A stretch of 64,000 bases of DNA from the NCBI GenBank assembly GCA_963825865.1, contig CAWGVG010000060.1, positions 192,001 through 256,000 of the forward strand. Reading direction: 5' to 3'. Within the stretch, counting starts at the first letter, position 1; each line of letters starts with the position of its first letter. Source of the DNA: an uncultured Nitrososphaeraceae archaeon. GTDB lineage: Archaea > Thermoproteota > Nitrososphaeria > Nitrososphaerales > Nitrososphaeraceae. The translations under genes were made by a program, and so were the position numbers. The notes below the pieces were generated by a model. It saw nothing but the letters and a program-made list of their open reading frames with translations. It searched no databases and was not told the origin of the DNA. Positions 10,835-20,915 of this stretch are shown here, piece by piece.

Positions 10835-11392
10835 TTACTCTACTTTTACTTCTTTAGTCTTTGCTTTTGGATCGTGTTTTAACTTGATCTTAAGCTCCAA
10901 TATCCCGTTTGAGTAGGTTGCTTTTGCAGAAGTATCGTCCAGCTCAACATCAACTGGTATATTTGTATGATATTTCTTGTCCCCTTTCTCGGCATGTATT
11001 GTAACGTATCGGTCAGCCACGTTAACTTTAATATCCTCTTTGTTGATACCAGGCATCTCTGCAGTAATTCTCAATGTATTTTGTTTCTCGTCCAGGGTAG
11101 TATCTGCTAAGGGAGCTCTTACACCAGTTTGTTCTATCAAGCCTTTAGTTGATCGACGAACGTTGCCGAACTCTCTTACATGTGGTCTGCCATCAGGACC
11201 TATCGTTATTTGATAGCCATAATAATACGGAGAATTTGCTGCAACGTCAGCTGGAATTATTTCAGGTAATGTCCTGAACATTCTATTCAACGTCTCTTCT
11301 GCCTCTGCAAATTCCCTGTCCATGTCTCCAAAAATTCCACTTATGTTTCTTAAACCCCAAAATGGTTCTTTCACTTTGTTATCACCTAACAT
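10835..11392 (-). CDS. hsp20: Archaeal small heat shock protein Hsp20
   Basis: PYYYGYQITIGPDGRPHVREFGNV, AEMPGINKEDIKV, AKATYSNGILEL (alpha-crystallin domain). Confidence 0.92.
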   Translation of the reverse strand: MLGDNKVKEPFWGLRNISGIFGDMDREFAEAEETLNRMFRTLPEIIPADVAANSPYYYGYQITIGPDGRPHVREFGNVRRSTKGLIEQTGVRAPLADTTLDEKQNTLRITAEMPGINKEDIKVNVADRYVTIHAEKGDKKYHTNIPVDVELDDTSAKATYSNGILELKIKLKHDPKAKTKEVKVE

Positions 11393-11425
11393 AATGTAAT
11401 AAATATTACATTATTTATACTTTTC
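11391..11425 (-). promoter_or_regulatory. hsp20 promoter: BRE/TATA plus 10-4-10 palindromic operator
   Basis: Minus strand GAAAAG-TATAAATA about 20 nt before the ATG; perfect inverted repeat ATAATGTAAT-aaat-ATTACATTAT at 11391-11414. Confidence 0.6.
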
Positions 11426-11489
11426 TTAATTATCACAAAGAATTATTACAATTAAACAGTAGGCGAATACACGGCATTGATTCCTCAAG

Positions 11490-11700
11490 CCATAAAGACA
11501 GATTGTGTTATAGGAATTATTTACAAAGCGGATAATGGTATAGTATAGCAGTATAGCCGCTCAAATGCAGTATCGGTAATACAGCACAACTAGTTGTGTA
11601 ATAGCAACAATTCCCGTCGGCATAATCCTAATGGAATAATATAGAAATACTAACAATGGAATAAATCGTTTTTCCAATAATGTGACTCAACCGATACCGT
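11490..11700 (+). pseudogene. YVTN beta-propeller repeat remnant
   Basis: GIIYKADNGIV*..SNAVSVI(shift)STTSCVIATIPVG(shift)NPNGI fits the GIAYNPDNGxVYVxNxxSNTVSVIDxxTNxVIATIPVGxxP repeat. Confidence 0.5.
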
Positions 11701-11798
11701 TTGGAACAAGCCGTAATGCGAAAGACAGCATCTAAGTGACAAATAGCGTCTAAAATATTGTTTCTGCAATCAGCGAGCTTATAGATGCACTTCAGTGC

Positions 11799-11963
11799 TC
11801 AGTGTATCATATTTTTATTCTTTTTTCTTTCTCCTCTTCCAGAATGAGCCTTTTTTTGATGTATATCTAATCTCTTTTCGTCCTGAAATGTCATAGTACA
11901 TTTTTTACATTTGATAACTGTATTACCAGTTATTTTTCTTTTTCTTTTGAACAATAAACTCAT
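11799..11963 (-). CDS. 54-aa C2H2 zinc-finger microprotein (not in ORF track)
   Basis: MSLLFKRKRKITGNTVIKCKKCTMTFQDEKRLDIHQKKAHSGRGERKKNKNMIH: C-x2-C-x3-F-x5-L-x2-H-x4-H. Confidence 0.75.
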   Translation of the reverse strand: MSLLFKRKRKITGNTVIKCKKCTMTFQDEKRLDIHQKKAHSGRGERKKNKNMIH

Positions 11964-12618
11964 TTTGCAGTATAGATGTATAGAATGCCTTATTAAGATT
12001 GAGTAATGAAGTTATTTTATAATTATACTCCCTAAATATGAATTTAACGACATTAAACTTTGAGTGACTCTGTCCCTTTAGAAGTAAAGTAACTTTTAGC
12101 ATTCATAAAGACTATTAGGAACGATTACCCAGAACTCCTATAATCTCTTGCAGCATCAGTTTGAATCACATAGGGTTGAACAAAAAATGGATTACGTTTC
12201 ATTGCTTACTGTTCTGTGGATTGGGTCCGTATCTAGTGGGAAATATGACCTAGATTCATTATCACGAGTTTTCTATCGTGTCAATATTCAAGTGGATCTG
12301 ATCACATCATAATTACACGTTTTTGTATTTATCACTACCCACGTTACGTGAGGTGGTTTTTGGAAAGTTTTTTGAAACAAATTTGTACATCGTTTTGAGC
12401 CTTTTATACCCATCATTAAGTTTTTTTTACTTTATAAAACTTTTGACAAAAAATCGTTAAAACTTATCCTTATTGCGTTCATTAATGTATTTGTCTAGAG
12501 TCATAACATACGCCAGAAAATAATCTCTCTTTAACAATATATTATTATGTCACATACGGTGCGATGCATAGCATAAGGAATTTTTAGCTTATAATCTTAT
12601 ACACCATAACAAGTGAGC

Positions 12619-12846
12619 TTATTCAACTTCATTGAATGATTGACAATTCGGACACTGAAAGACTGCATCTGAGGCTATTTCACCTTGAGAAACATTTTCA
12701 ACAATAATGTTGTTACACCTACCACAAATATAATCTATATCACCTTTTCCCACCATAAATGGTTCAATCTTACTGCTATTCTTTCTGTATATGGGCCTTG
12801 TTCCTTCTTGAGGTTCTGGTATTAGCCTGCAATTAATTCGAGGCAA
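12619..12846 (-). CDS. Small zinc-ribbon protein
   Basis: YICGRC...FQCPNCQSFN (two CxxC pairs). Confidence 0.65.
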   Translation of the reverse strand: MPRINCRLIPEPQEGTRPIYRKNSSKIEPFMVGKGDIDYICGRCNNIIVENVSQGEIASDAVFQCPNCQSFNEVE

Positions 12847-13505
12847 ATTCTTCCTTCTCTTACTTTCAAGATAGTATCTATTTAAGGTTCTTTAGTGAAT
12901 TTCTATTGAAGCGCTAAAGGTCTTGTTGTTATTGTTCTTCTTCTTGTTCACGCACAACGACAGAATTTCAGGTAGGTCAATCAAGAATTCTAAGAATATT
13001 GAAAATTACTAGTGCATCTGGTAAATATATGAATAATAATTTTAGAGCAATAATGAATTTTGCAATCCTACTGACTCTTATACTACAGCTATGATTGGTT
13101 TTGTATTACATTAGTGTTACTAATGTTAGTTGTACCAAAAATTAGCGTTGCTTCCTTTTGCTGTCGATGCAACCGTACCAGCGATTACTAAAATAGACAT
13201 CGTGAACATGGAAAAACTTTGACAAAAAGCAGTAATCATTACAAAATTGCAATATGTATTATTATATATTGAGTATATGGATTTCAAAATTAGGATTATC
13301 TCCAATGCACTCAGATCCTGTCTAAGATGATTTTAGTTTGGTTATGCATTAGTATTACAATATCGTGGATGTCCATAGTGCTTGCCATTTTTGAGGTATT
13401 TATTTGAAAGAATAGCTCAGGATAAACAGGTAGAATCATACAAGGTGGAGATATTGTATATTATATATATAATTAGCCGATTAACTTACAGCTGATAAAT
13501 AAAAT

Positions 13506-14144
13506 ATGGGTTTTCTGTCATGGGTACGCTCCAATGATAAGGAGATTATTGGCGTATTAGAAGAACAGGCTGCAATTTTAATTAAGGCAACATCAGCCTT
13601 GGTTGAATTTATGTCAAATTATAAAGTGGATGGCGAATCCAGATCCAAGATAATAAAGGATCTAGAGCACGAAGGGGATATAATTACCCACAAATTATTT
13701 ACAATCCTAGATAAAACCTTTGTAACTCCTCTGGATCCCGAAGATATATCCAGACTCACCAGTGCGATACATGAAGTGCTGGACGCTACTGAAGGAGTCG
13801 CCAATAGATTTGTGCTGTTTATGATGCGAGAGCCTACACCATACATGGTAGAACTTGCAAAACTATTACTTTCAGCTTCCCAAGAAGTTCAGCGGTTGGT
13901 AATGCGAATAAGAAGCTTAAAAAGCTCAAGTGACCTAATATATCATTGTAAAAATATAATAAACTATGAACATCGAGCAGATACCATCTATCGTACAGCC
14001 ATTGCAGAATTATTTAAAACAAACAATGCTATTGAAATAATAAAGTTAAAAGAAATTTATGAGACCCTCGAGGGTGCCCTTGATCGGTGTGCTGATGTTG
14101 CTGATGTTGCAGAAGACATTGCCCTAAAATATGGCAATGGGTGA
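13506..14144 (+). CDS. DUF47 family phosphate-transport regulator (PhoU-like)
   Basis: IKDLEHEGDII, TFVTPLDPEDI, EHRADTIYR, IYETLEGALDRCADVAD. Confidence 0.9.
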   Translation: MGFLSWVRSNDKEIIGVLEEQAAILIKATSALVEFMSNYKVDGESRSKIIKDLEHEGDIITHKLFTILDKTFVTPLDPEDISRLTSAIHEVLDATEGVANRFVLFMMREPTPYMVELAKLLLSASQEVQRLVMRIRSLKSSSDLIYHCKNIINYEHRADTIYRTAIAELFKTNNAIEIIKLKEIYETLEGALDRCADVADVAEDIALKYGNG

Positions 14145-14475
14145 GCAAATAAGCAAATGGTTTTTTAGTGTTGTTGTTGGATATGTCGTTCGTTATTGCT
14201 AACAGCTTGTCATGTTAAGATTTATTATTTATGTTAAATTTGTAAATATAACAGATAAATAATCGTATCCTGGAAAATTAACAATTGCCTTCAACTTTGG
14301 TTTCATATATCTGTTCATCATATCTTAATATGGAACATTAGTTGCACCACATACTTCATATAATCTTGCCTCTTTCATTTTATAAAGAAGGTAGCTTTCC
14401 TTTATTATACGTGCTGAGCTTTTATTTTTATAAAAGAGCATAATTTTTTTACCAGTTAATTCAACCTGATAATCA

Positions 14476-14952
14476 TTGTCATTGTGGTACTCAGCAGGTA
14501 TTGGTTTACTTGGTGGTATAATGGCCACTGTTCTCATGACTATGATAGAGACGCCCTTGTGGAAAAGATGGGGCCTTCACGGAGTGTTTGAATGGCATGA
14601 GAATCAGGTTATTACAATGCGTGTATTTCATCTTTCAGATAAAAGTAAGATTCACTTTAAGGGAATCTTTTTCTTTCATTTCCTCAATGGTGCTTTAGCA
14701 GGAATAGCTTTTCCATTTATTGCTTCACCCTTTACAATTGTTTTCCATTACATGATACCCTTGGGAGGCATATATGGTATTATACTATGGATTCTTACTC
14801 TTGGACCGATACATAAGCCAATAACTGGATTTTCACCATGGAATCATCCTTTGGGTAGCCTACCGACACTAGCAAGTCTTGGAGGACATGTATTGTATGG
14901 TATTGTACTTGGAATCGTAGTTTCTTCGTTGATGGGACAAAATGTTGTCTAA
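14476..14952 (+). CDS. Conserved 4-TM membrane protein
   Basis: Four hydrophobic segments with conserved-looking His residues (HFLNG, GHVLYG) and WGLHGVFEWHENQ loop. Confidence 0.7.
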   Translation: MSLWYSAGIGLLGGIMATVLMTMIETPLWKRWGLHGVFEWHENQVITMRVFHLSDKSKIHFKGIFFFHFLNGALAGIAFPFIASPFTIVFHYMIPLGGIYGIILWILTLGPIHKPITGFSPWNHPLGSLPTLASLGGHVLYGIVLGIVVSSLMGQNVV

Positions 14953-15232
14953 TGTCAACCAATTTCTTTGATCATTAGTTATCGGTTGATATAGTTTCTG
15001 AAATTTCAATTACAATTTATTAAATCAATGCGTTTCAAAAATAGTTGATATATCATTGTTGTTTTTTCTGCTGTTAACTATTACGTTTTTTTATTAATAT
15101 GTAGTCCGGCCTATATAGAATACCCATCTTGAGTATATTATCGCTTTCGATAAAAATTATGATCGTATTATGGTAGAGATGAGTTTTGAGTCATAAATTA
15201 AAACTTACCAATAGATAGTTACAAGAGACCAT

Positions 15233-15451
15233 CTAAGGTAAGGATCTGCAGAATGAGCTGGCTCTTTGTTGTTCCACCCTTACCCAACCCTTACCATCAC
15301 AACAATTGCATCTTTCTTCACTTCGTCGTGGCAGTGAAATACAGAAAGAATTTAGACAATCATTACTGTTATTACTGTTATCTTCTTTACACTGTACAGA
15401 GCCTGATCCATGGCACACATGACACTTTACAACATCACTAAATAAGGTCAA
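15233..15451 (-). CDS. Small protein with DnaJ-type CxxCxGxG zinc motifs
   Basis: CHVCHGSG and CNCCDGKG. Confidence 0.6.
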   Translation of the reverse strand: MTLFSDVVKCHVCHGSGSVQCKEDNSNNSNDCLNSFCISLPRRSEERCNCCDGKGWVRVEQQRASSFCRSLP

Positions 15452-15470
15452 TGGAATAGCTGATCTCCTA

Positions 15471-15656
15471 TCAAAAACGTTCCTCGGTTTTTGATACCTT
15501 TAATGGATCTGGAATTTTAATTATATCACTATTTTTTCTGTGAATTGTATTTAAAAGCTCACATTCACAATCACTATTTATCCTAACATATCTTCCACAA
15601 TTCGCACACAAGACATACTGGGGATCGTATTCCTTTGCATAGAGAGCAATTATCAT
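15471..15656 (-). CDS. Small Cys-rich (zinc-ribbon-like) protein
   Basis: CANCG..CEC; AT-rich TATA-like upstream region; co-oriented with 15233-15451. Confidence 0.5.
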   Translation of the reverse strand: MIIALYAKEYDPQYVLCANCGRYVRINSDCECELLNTIHRKNSDIIKIPDPLKVSKTEERF

Positions 15657-16117
15657 AATATTATATTTACTCTGAAATATATAAAATTTACTTATTATCC
15701 TATTTAATCGAAATTTACTTATTAAAGTTAATTGTTTGTTTAATATTTATATGTATTTTAATACAAATGTAAGGATTCTACAAATATGATAAAATGGATT
15801 CTGCTTTAATCATTGTTTATTTAATTTTGGAAAGGACAATAATTTAATTAGTTCTGGATAATTCTCATTGTCGACCGGAACATTATGTTCCTAATAGAAT
15901 CGTGGCAGCCAGGAGCTTTAACCAAAGTGGCGTTGAATGTTTTATTTAATCAATATCTACAAACTAAGGATACACAGCTTCAGCAGAATGGCATTATGTT
16001 ACATCATTCTATCTAACATTCAAAGACTAAACGTGCAAGAAAAGTAGCGATACCGGTCAAAAGAGAGGAGGAGAAGAAGAAGGAGCACTTAGATATCGTA
16101 AAGTACGATATTGAATG

Positions 16118-16501
16118 TTATTCTCTTATACCTTCAAGGTTTGATACAACCTGCCATAGCATCGTTCTAATATGCGATTTCATTGCCTTGTCTTGTGTCA
16201 GTCTATCTAGCATGCTAACGGCATTTGCCGCTCTTACAGATAAGCTAAATTTTTGCTCTTTATCTTTCAATAAAACAAGTAATTCATTTATACTACCTTT
16301 TATACTTCTATTAACTTCACGATAATGATTTCGATTTATATTTTCAAGTGTCACTATTGCAGCATTTAAATTTTCGTGGTTAGTCTTATTCTGTAATAGT
16401 TCTTTTTCTTTCTTTGTTGTTCTCTTATGGGGTGTGCCAGCTATTGGTGTTGTTTTTTCTATGTCTGTCATAGTGAACTTTTCATTATATGTGCATGCCA
16501 T
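16118..16501 (-). CDS. UPF0147 family protein
   Basis: SVRAANAVSMLD..QD..M.SHIRTMLWQVVSNLE. Confidence 0.85.
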   Translation of the reverse strand: MACTYNEKFTMTDIEKTTPIAGTPHKRTTKKEKELLQNKTNHENLNAAIVTLENINRNHYREVNRSIKGSINELLVLLKDKEQKFSLSVRAANAVSMLDRLTQDKAMKSHIRTMLWQVVSNLEGIRE

Positions 16502-16709
16502 TATAAATTAATATGTTCATAGTGAATTATGAAATATAAATGATATTTGGACTACAAAATCTGGAAAAAGGGAAACAGGTTGGTGGAATGTCGGAGCAGA
16601 TTTGACTCATATTTACCACGTAAAAGAGCATTTTTCATAAATCAAAAGATGATGATCATCATTATTATTAGCTCCAACAAAGATATTTTTGCGGTACTTT
16701 TGTAAACAT

Positions 16710-16841
16710 CTACTGCTTGTAACATTTCCAATGTTCATATTGTTTTACCCCGCCTCCTCCTGCTTTATCAACTTCTATCATATCTTTACAATATCTGCAC
16801 CGAATGGGAGCCTTTTCAATACTCTCCTGTTTTCTGTTCAT
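16710..16841 (-). CDS. 43-aa CxxC...HxxC zinc microprotein (not in ORF track)
   Basis: MNRKQESIEKAPIRCRYCKDMIEVDKAGGGGVKQYEHWKCYKQ. Confidence 0.45.
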   Translation of the reverse strand: MNRKQESIEKAPIRCRYCKDMIEVDKAGGGGVKQYEHWKCYKQ

Positions 16842-17749
16842 TTTTATTATATTTATGTACATATGTTTCTAATATTTTTATAACACAACGATTAGCCATC
16901 AATATGATTGGTACTTTCTTTAGAAGTCTATCAATTGAAATAGCGATTAATACTTCGGATTCTTTTTTCTATTGTTGTCACTAAATGCCAAAAACTCAAT
17001 TCTATCATATCATCTAGGCTACTGTATTCATATACTGTTGATGTTTGTCTATTGCAGTTTTTGTTTTTATGGTATTTTGTAATTTGTAGTTTTTCTTTCA
17101 TTTTTTGTTTCAAACCTCAAGTCCTTCATGAAAAACAGTAAGATTTTTTTCTCTTCAATCAAAAGAGTAAGACTTTCTCTCGAAGAAATTATCTACGTAA
17201 AAAGTTTAATCAGGATTGAAAGTGATTCTATGCAATAAATTCATCAGCTTGTAAACCATATGTGATGAGTATCACAAGTACAACAAACCTGAAGCAACAA
17301 CAACTAAAAAACAACAAATAGCAGGTAAAAAGAATATAAAACAACTATTCATAGCGCAGTGTGAAAATTGTTATTGACAATTTGAACTACTGTATATGAT
17401 TATTTAATTTGAAAAATGTGTTAGTCACTCTATGCTCCTGACTTAAATAGTGCCCTTCCTGAAACAACAATTAGTAAATTAAAGTCTGGAGAATAAAACT
17501 AATATTTTATTACGAAGAATAAAAAGAATAGAAACATGGGATTAATTGAATTTTTATTCTACCCAACTATGATTATGAAGTGAACAGATGTTCTATATCT
17601 CATCAAGTATGAGGGCTAATAGTAGACACAGCTATCATTATGAAACGCTTTGCTAATCATAATCTCTTTATATAAATCATAAGGGATTTTTATTAAATTA
17701 GAATAGTAAGTTACAAGATTGCTATAGATGTAGGAAACCTGATATTGGT

Positions 17750-18031
17750 ATGAGAGATAGAGACAAACTGAATTAATTGCATCTATTCTAAAAGCCACCA
17801 ATGAAAGAAATGTAAATGCGAGCACAAATAATGTATAAGGCATTTTTATCATATACCCGGATGAAACAATATGTATCAATATTAGTTGATGCGGGCTTAA
17901 TAAAATATCAAGAAGGAAATCGAAGAGCTTATAGAATAACTGACATTGGAATGAGGTTTTTACATTTACACAATCAGCTTGGTGAATTGCTTACCAATCC
18001 TTCCCACTCAAAAACAGTTATTATACACTAA
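17750..18031 (+). CDS. Winged helix-turn-helix regulator (HTH_45/DUF4364-like), frameshifted N-terminus
   Basis: MRDRD/TELIASILKA../MRAQIMYKAFLSY..KQYVSILVDAGLI....YRITDIGMRFL. Confidence 0.75.
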
Positions 18032-18081
18032 TAGTTATGAAAGAGTAAAAATCAGAGAATCAGCATATTTTGATTCTTGTT

Positions 18082-18478
18082 CTACACCTTGGCAACACAC
18101 CTAATCTCGATCATGAGCTCCGGGAACGCAAGACGCTGAATTTGCACGATGGTGCTTGCCACAACTGGGATGCCGAAAAAGACCTCCTGCCTGCATTTGA
18201 CTGCCGCGGCGAAGGCCGCCTCCATATCCGTCACGAAGAGTATCTCATCGGCTATGTTATCCATCGTTGCCCCATACTGTGCGAGCACCTTCCGGATGTT
18301 GGCATATGCCTGGCGCATCTGTGCCTCCATATCTCCGAGACCGATGATACTGCCACCTGTCGTCATGACTCACCTGCCCAGATAGATAGATGGTGTCCCC
18401 AACTTTCACCGCCTGGGCGTAACCGTACTCTTTCTCCCAAGGCATACCAAAGCTCTTAGTTTCCTTGTCGATTGTCAT
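18082..18478 (-). CDS. RidA/YjgF/YER057c family protein, GC-rich, one frameshift near 18355; putative integron gene cassette
   Basis: PWEKEYGYAQAVKVGDTIYLSGQV / MEAQMRQAYANI..FVTDM..PVVASTIVQIQRLAFPELMIEI; bacterial-type RBS AAGGGAG 7 nt before ATG; 53% and 63% GC in two counted 60-nt lines versus AT-rich flanks. Confidence 0.88.
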
Positions 18479-18510
18479 AATGTGTCTCCCTTAATGTTAA
18501 TTGTGAAACT

Positions 18511-18569
18511 TCCTAACGCATAAGCTAACCAGCGCGAATAGCGCATCCGAGTTGAGTTCCATGTTAGGC
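18511..18569 (-). mobile_element. attC: Integron attC recombination site (59-base element), solitary
   Basis: Minus strand GCCTAAC-ATGG-AACTCAAC-TCGGATGCGCTATTCGCGCTG-GTTAGCT-TATGC-GTTAGGA: R'' RYYYAAC, L'' with an extra C, GC-rich central stem, L', R' GTTRRR; exactly 59 bp. Confidence 0.8.
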
Positions 18570-18994
18570 ATATCCAAAATCCTTGGGTCTAGGTGCAGCA
18601 CCCATCATGTTTTTTTATGGAGTTAGTTAATAATAAAGTTATTTGACAAACTTTATACTATATCTAATTAATACTGCCACATTTCTATAACTAACTGTTC
18701 GTGGTATATATAAACAAATTGAGTAAACGTGGTCATATACGTTGGATCAACAAGATAAGAGAAAATTAAAAATAATAATGGCTATAATAGCTGCGAGTGT
18801 AATGGCAAGAATATTAATATTTTATATAATTTCTAAATAGATAGCCTCCTGTTCGTCTCTAGCAAATAAAGGTATTGACCTCTCCTATATACGACCAGAA
18901 TGCTTCTCTTAGATCTGTGGTAACCTATTGAATTTCTACAATTCATACAATAGAGTTTAAACCTAGTAGTGAGCTCTCAAAGTGTCATCGTTCT

Positions 18995-19213
18995 ATGGAC
19001 AATCTAGTTGCAGCTTTCGTTACGTTAGTGATAATGTTGTTTGTGGGAATGGGAATTCTGATGGTTGGACCTGCTAACGTTCCTGTTATTACATCACATG
19101 CTGGATTATTTGCAGTAGTTATGACTTTAGCATCTGCCTTTCTGGTTATAGGTTTGGTTGGACTTACAGCGATAGGATTTATTATAGTTTCAAAGGAAAA
19201 GGAAAAGAAATGA
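18995..19213 (+). CDS. Small 2-TM membrane protein
   Basis: Two hydrophobic helices and a basic tail; TATA-like TTTAAA upstream. Confidence 0.6.
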   Translation: MDNLVAAFVTLVIMLFVGMGILMVGPANVPVITSHAGLFAVVMTLASAFLVIGLVGLTAIGFIIVSKEKEKK

Positions 19214-19665
19214 CCGATTGAAGGTTATGTATATTGCATCGTGATGAGGCTAGTCTAATTCTTTTCCTCATAGCATGTTCTTTGATAGTTTGAACGGTTA
19301 GTGACAATACACTAGAGATGTGTCAGACGTATTCAAAAATCTATTTGCACCTGTTCCAAACTTATTGAGTAAAATATCAAGAACTCACTTTAATTGTTAG
19401 AGTTACTGCAGAGATTTTTTATACTTTTATAGTCCGATGCATTATCCCAAAAGTAGATCGATATTATATTATCTTGAGGAGCTTCAGTTTACCGATGCCT
19501 TCAAACAACAAACATGCAAACTAAGTGACACTATTCGAGAAAACAGTTTATTCCCCTCAGGAGATATGACCCCTTTTAATCTTTGAGTATTTTATATGGT
19601 ATAAGCATACTTGGAAATAGTTGGATCACCTAGATATATTGTAGGGATGTACTGAGCAATTTACT

Positions 19666-19884
19666 TCATGTTCTACTACGTATATTTTCTTCTATTCTAT
19701 ACAAAGCTGTGCCGATATAATCATCAGTAATTAATGATGGTATATCAATACAACATGTTTTGGGAAGTAGTGAGTTAATTTTGTATAGAATTTGAACCTT
19801 CTTATCTATATCTAACTCATTATAGCAATCTTCAACTAGTTTTGAGATCATAGCATGGTTGTGTATTGTTGTAGCCGTAGTCAA
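19666..19884 (-). CDS. Hypothetical protein
   Basis: 72-aa ORF, helical composition (PSLITDDYI motif). Confidence 0.5.
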   Translation of the reverse strand: MTTATTIHNHAMISKLVEDCYNELDIDKKVQILYKINSLLPKTCCIDIPSLITDDYIGTALYRIEENIRSRT

Positions 19885-19908
19885 TTTGTTACTATCGACT
19901 CCTGATCC

Positions 19909-20082
19909 TTAGCAAATGTTTATTTTACATGTTTCGCATTTATCTGTTATAGACCTTCTATCCGGTGAAAATTCAGCTTCCATTTTCATATGTGCAAAAA
20001 GTAGGCCATATTGCATACATTGGCGAATATGTAAAATTACGTGATTTCTTATGCTCTTGATAGTAGATAATCTTATGTTCAT
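19909..20082 (-). CDS. 57-aa hypothetical protein, degenerate zinc-finger-like
   Basis: MNIRLS..RQCMQYG..DKCETCKINIC; co-oriented upstream of 19666-19884. Confidence 0.3.
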   Translation of the reverse strand: MNIRLSTIKSIRNHVILHIRQCMQYGLLFAHMKMEAEFSPDRRSITDKCETCKINIC

Positions 20083-20199
20083 ATCTATGTATTGCTTATA
20101 AAATATAAAAAGAGTTGCATACTAATGTATATGCTTAACTACTTCTTATGTATATACTTATATATTTCTATATTTTAAGGGTATATGTAGCAATTCAAT

Positions 20200-20394
20200 A
20201 TGACCTCCCAGACTAAAACAAAATTATATAAAGTTGAGTCTAAATCGGCAAAAACAGGAGTAAAAACTTATAGACATTCGATATTTTTAGAAAAGGCTTT
20301 TGTAGAGGATAGTTTATTTCCTTTCAAACCTGGTGAAAATTTGATGGTAAGGATAGATAAAGATAGACTAATTGTTACAAAGCTCAAAGATTAA
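20200..20394 (+). CDS. AbrB/MazE-like swapped-hairpin DNA-binding protein
   Basis: HSIFLEKAFVEDSLFPFKPGENLMVRIDKDRLIV. Confidence 0.6.
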   Translation: MTSQTKTKLYKVESKSAKTGVKTYRHSIFLEKAFVEDSLFPFKPGENLMVRIDKDRLIVTKLKD

Positions 20395-20789
20395 ATGGGT
20401 TATATCCTTTATTAAATGAGCTCATCGGATACTTAACGATCGAATGCTATGCGTTACTTTTTCATAAATCAAAGTCAATTGATGAAGTTAATTGAGCACC
20501 CAATATCTTTCGTTTACCCCATCTGCTTTGATATTTAATTCAATAGCTGCTTGAACCTTCTGAAACGAATTTGAAAGCTTGACTTCGGCGAGGTTTCATG
20601 AATATTGTAAATGCAGATAGTCTAGAATAAGTTCGATAAAAAAGCAAAATATCAAAACAACCGAACCCCTTTACATGCGAGACTTAATCCAGCGTATAAC
20701 AGTACAGCTAATAGGATATTTTGAAGTCATTGTAACCTTCCTTTTCTATATTAAAAGAATGCTTCATTTATCAAAGAAGGGTTGCAAGC

Positions 20790-20915
20790 CAACAATAAGG
20801 AGACTTTTCGCCATTTTTTAGCTACCAGAACAATACGAACATTCGCGTATAGTTTTTTGAGCGTAATTCTTGCAATTTATCTGAAACTAATTGAATTTAC
20901 CGATCTGTATATTTG
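20790..20915 (+). pseudogene. MFS transporter N-terminal remnant
   Basis: FLATRTIRTFAYSFLSVILAIYLKLIEF resembles the first helix of archaeal MFS permeases; no continuation. Confidence 0.45.

Noticed and set aside
12120-12210. VIQTDAA on the minus strand, suggesting another HtrA remnant
   Set aside because: Only seven residues match; flanks do not continue the alignment.
13506-14300. PiT phosphate transporter expected next to DUF47
   Set aside because: No PiT signature (GANDxAN) or long hydrophobic ORF follows.
15877-15891. GGAACAT-T-ATGTTCC palindrome
   Set aside because: Single 7-bp arm pair, not positioned at a recognisable promoter; plausible by chance.
18040-18085. Second attC downstream of the RidA cassette
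   Set aside because: Only TAGAAC follows the stop codon; no L boxes, stem or GTTRRRY.
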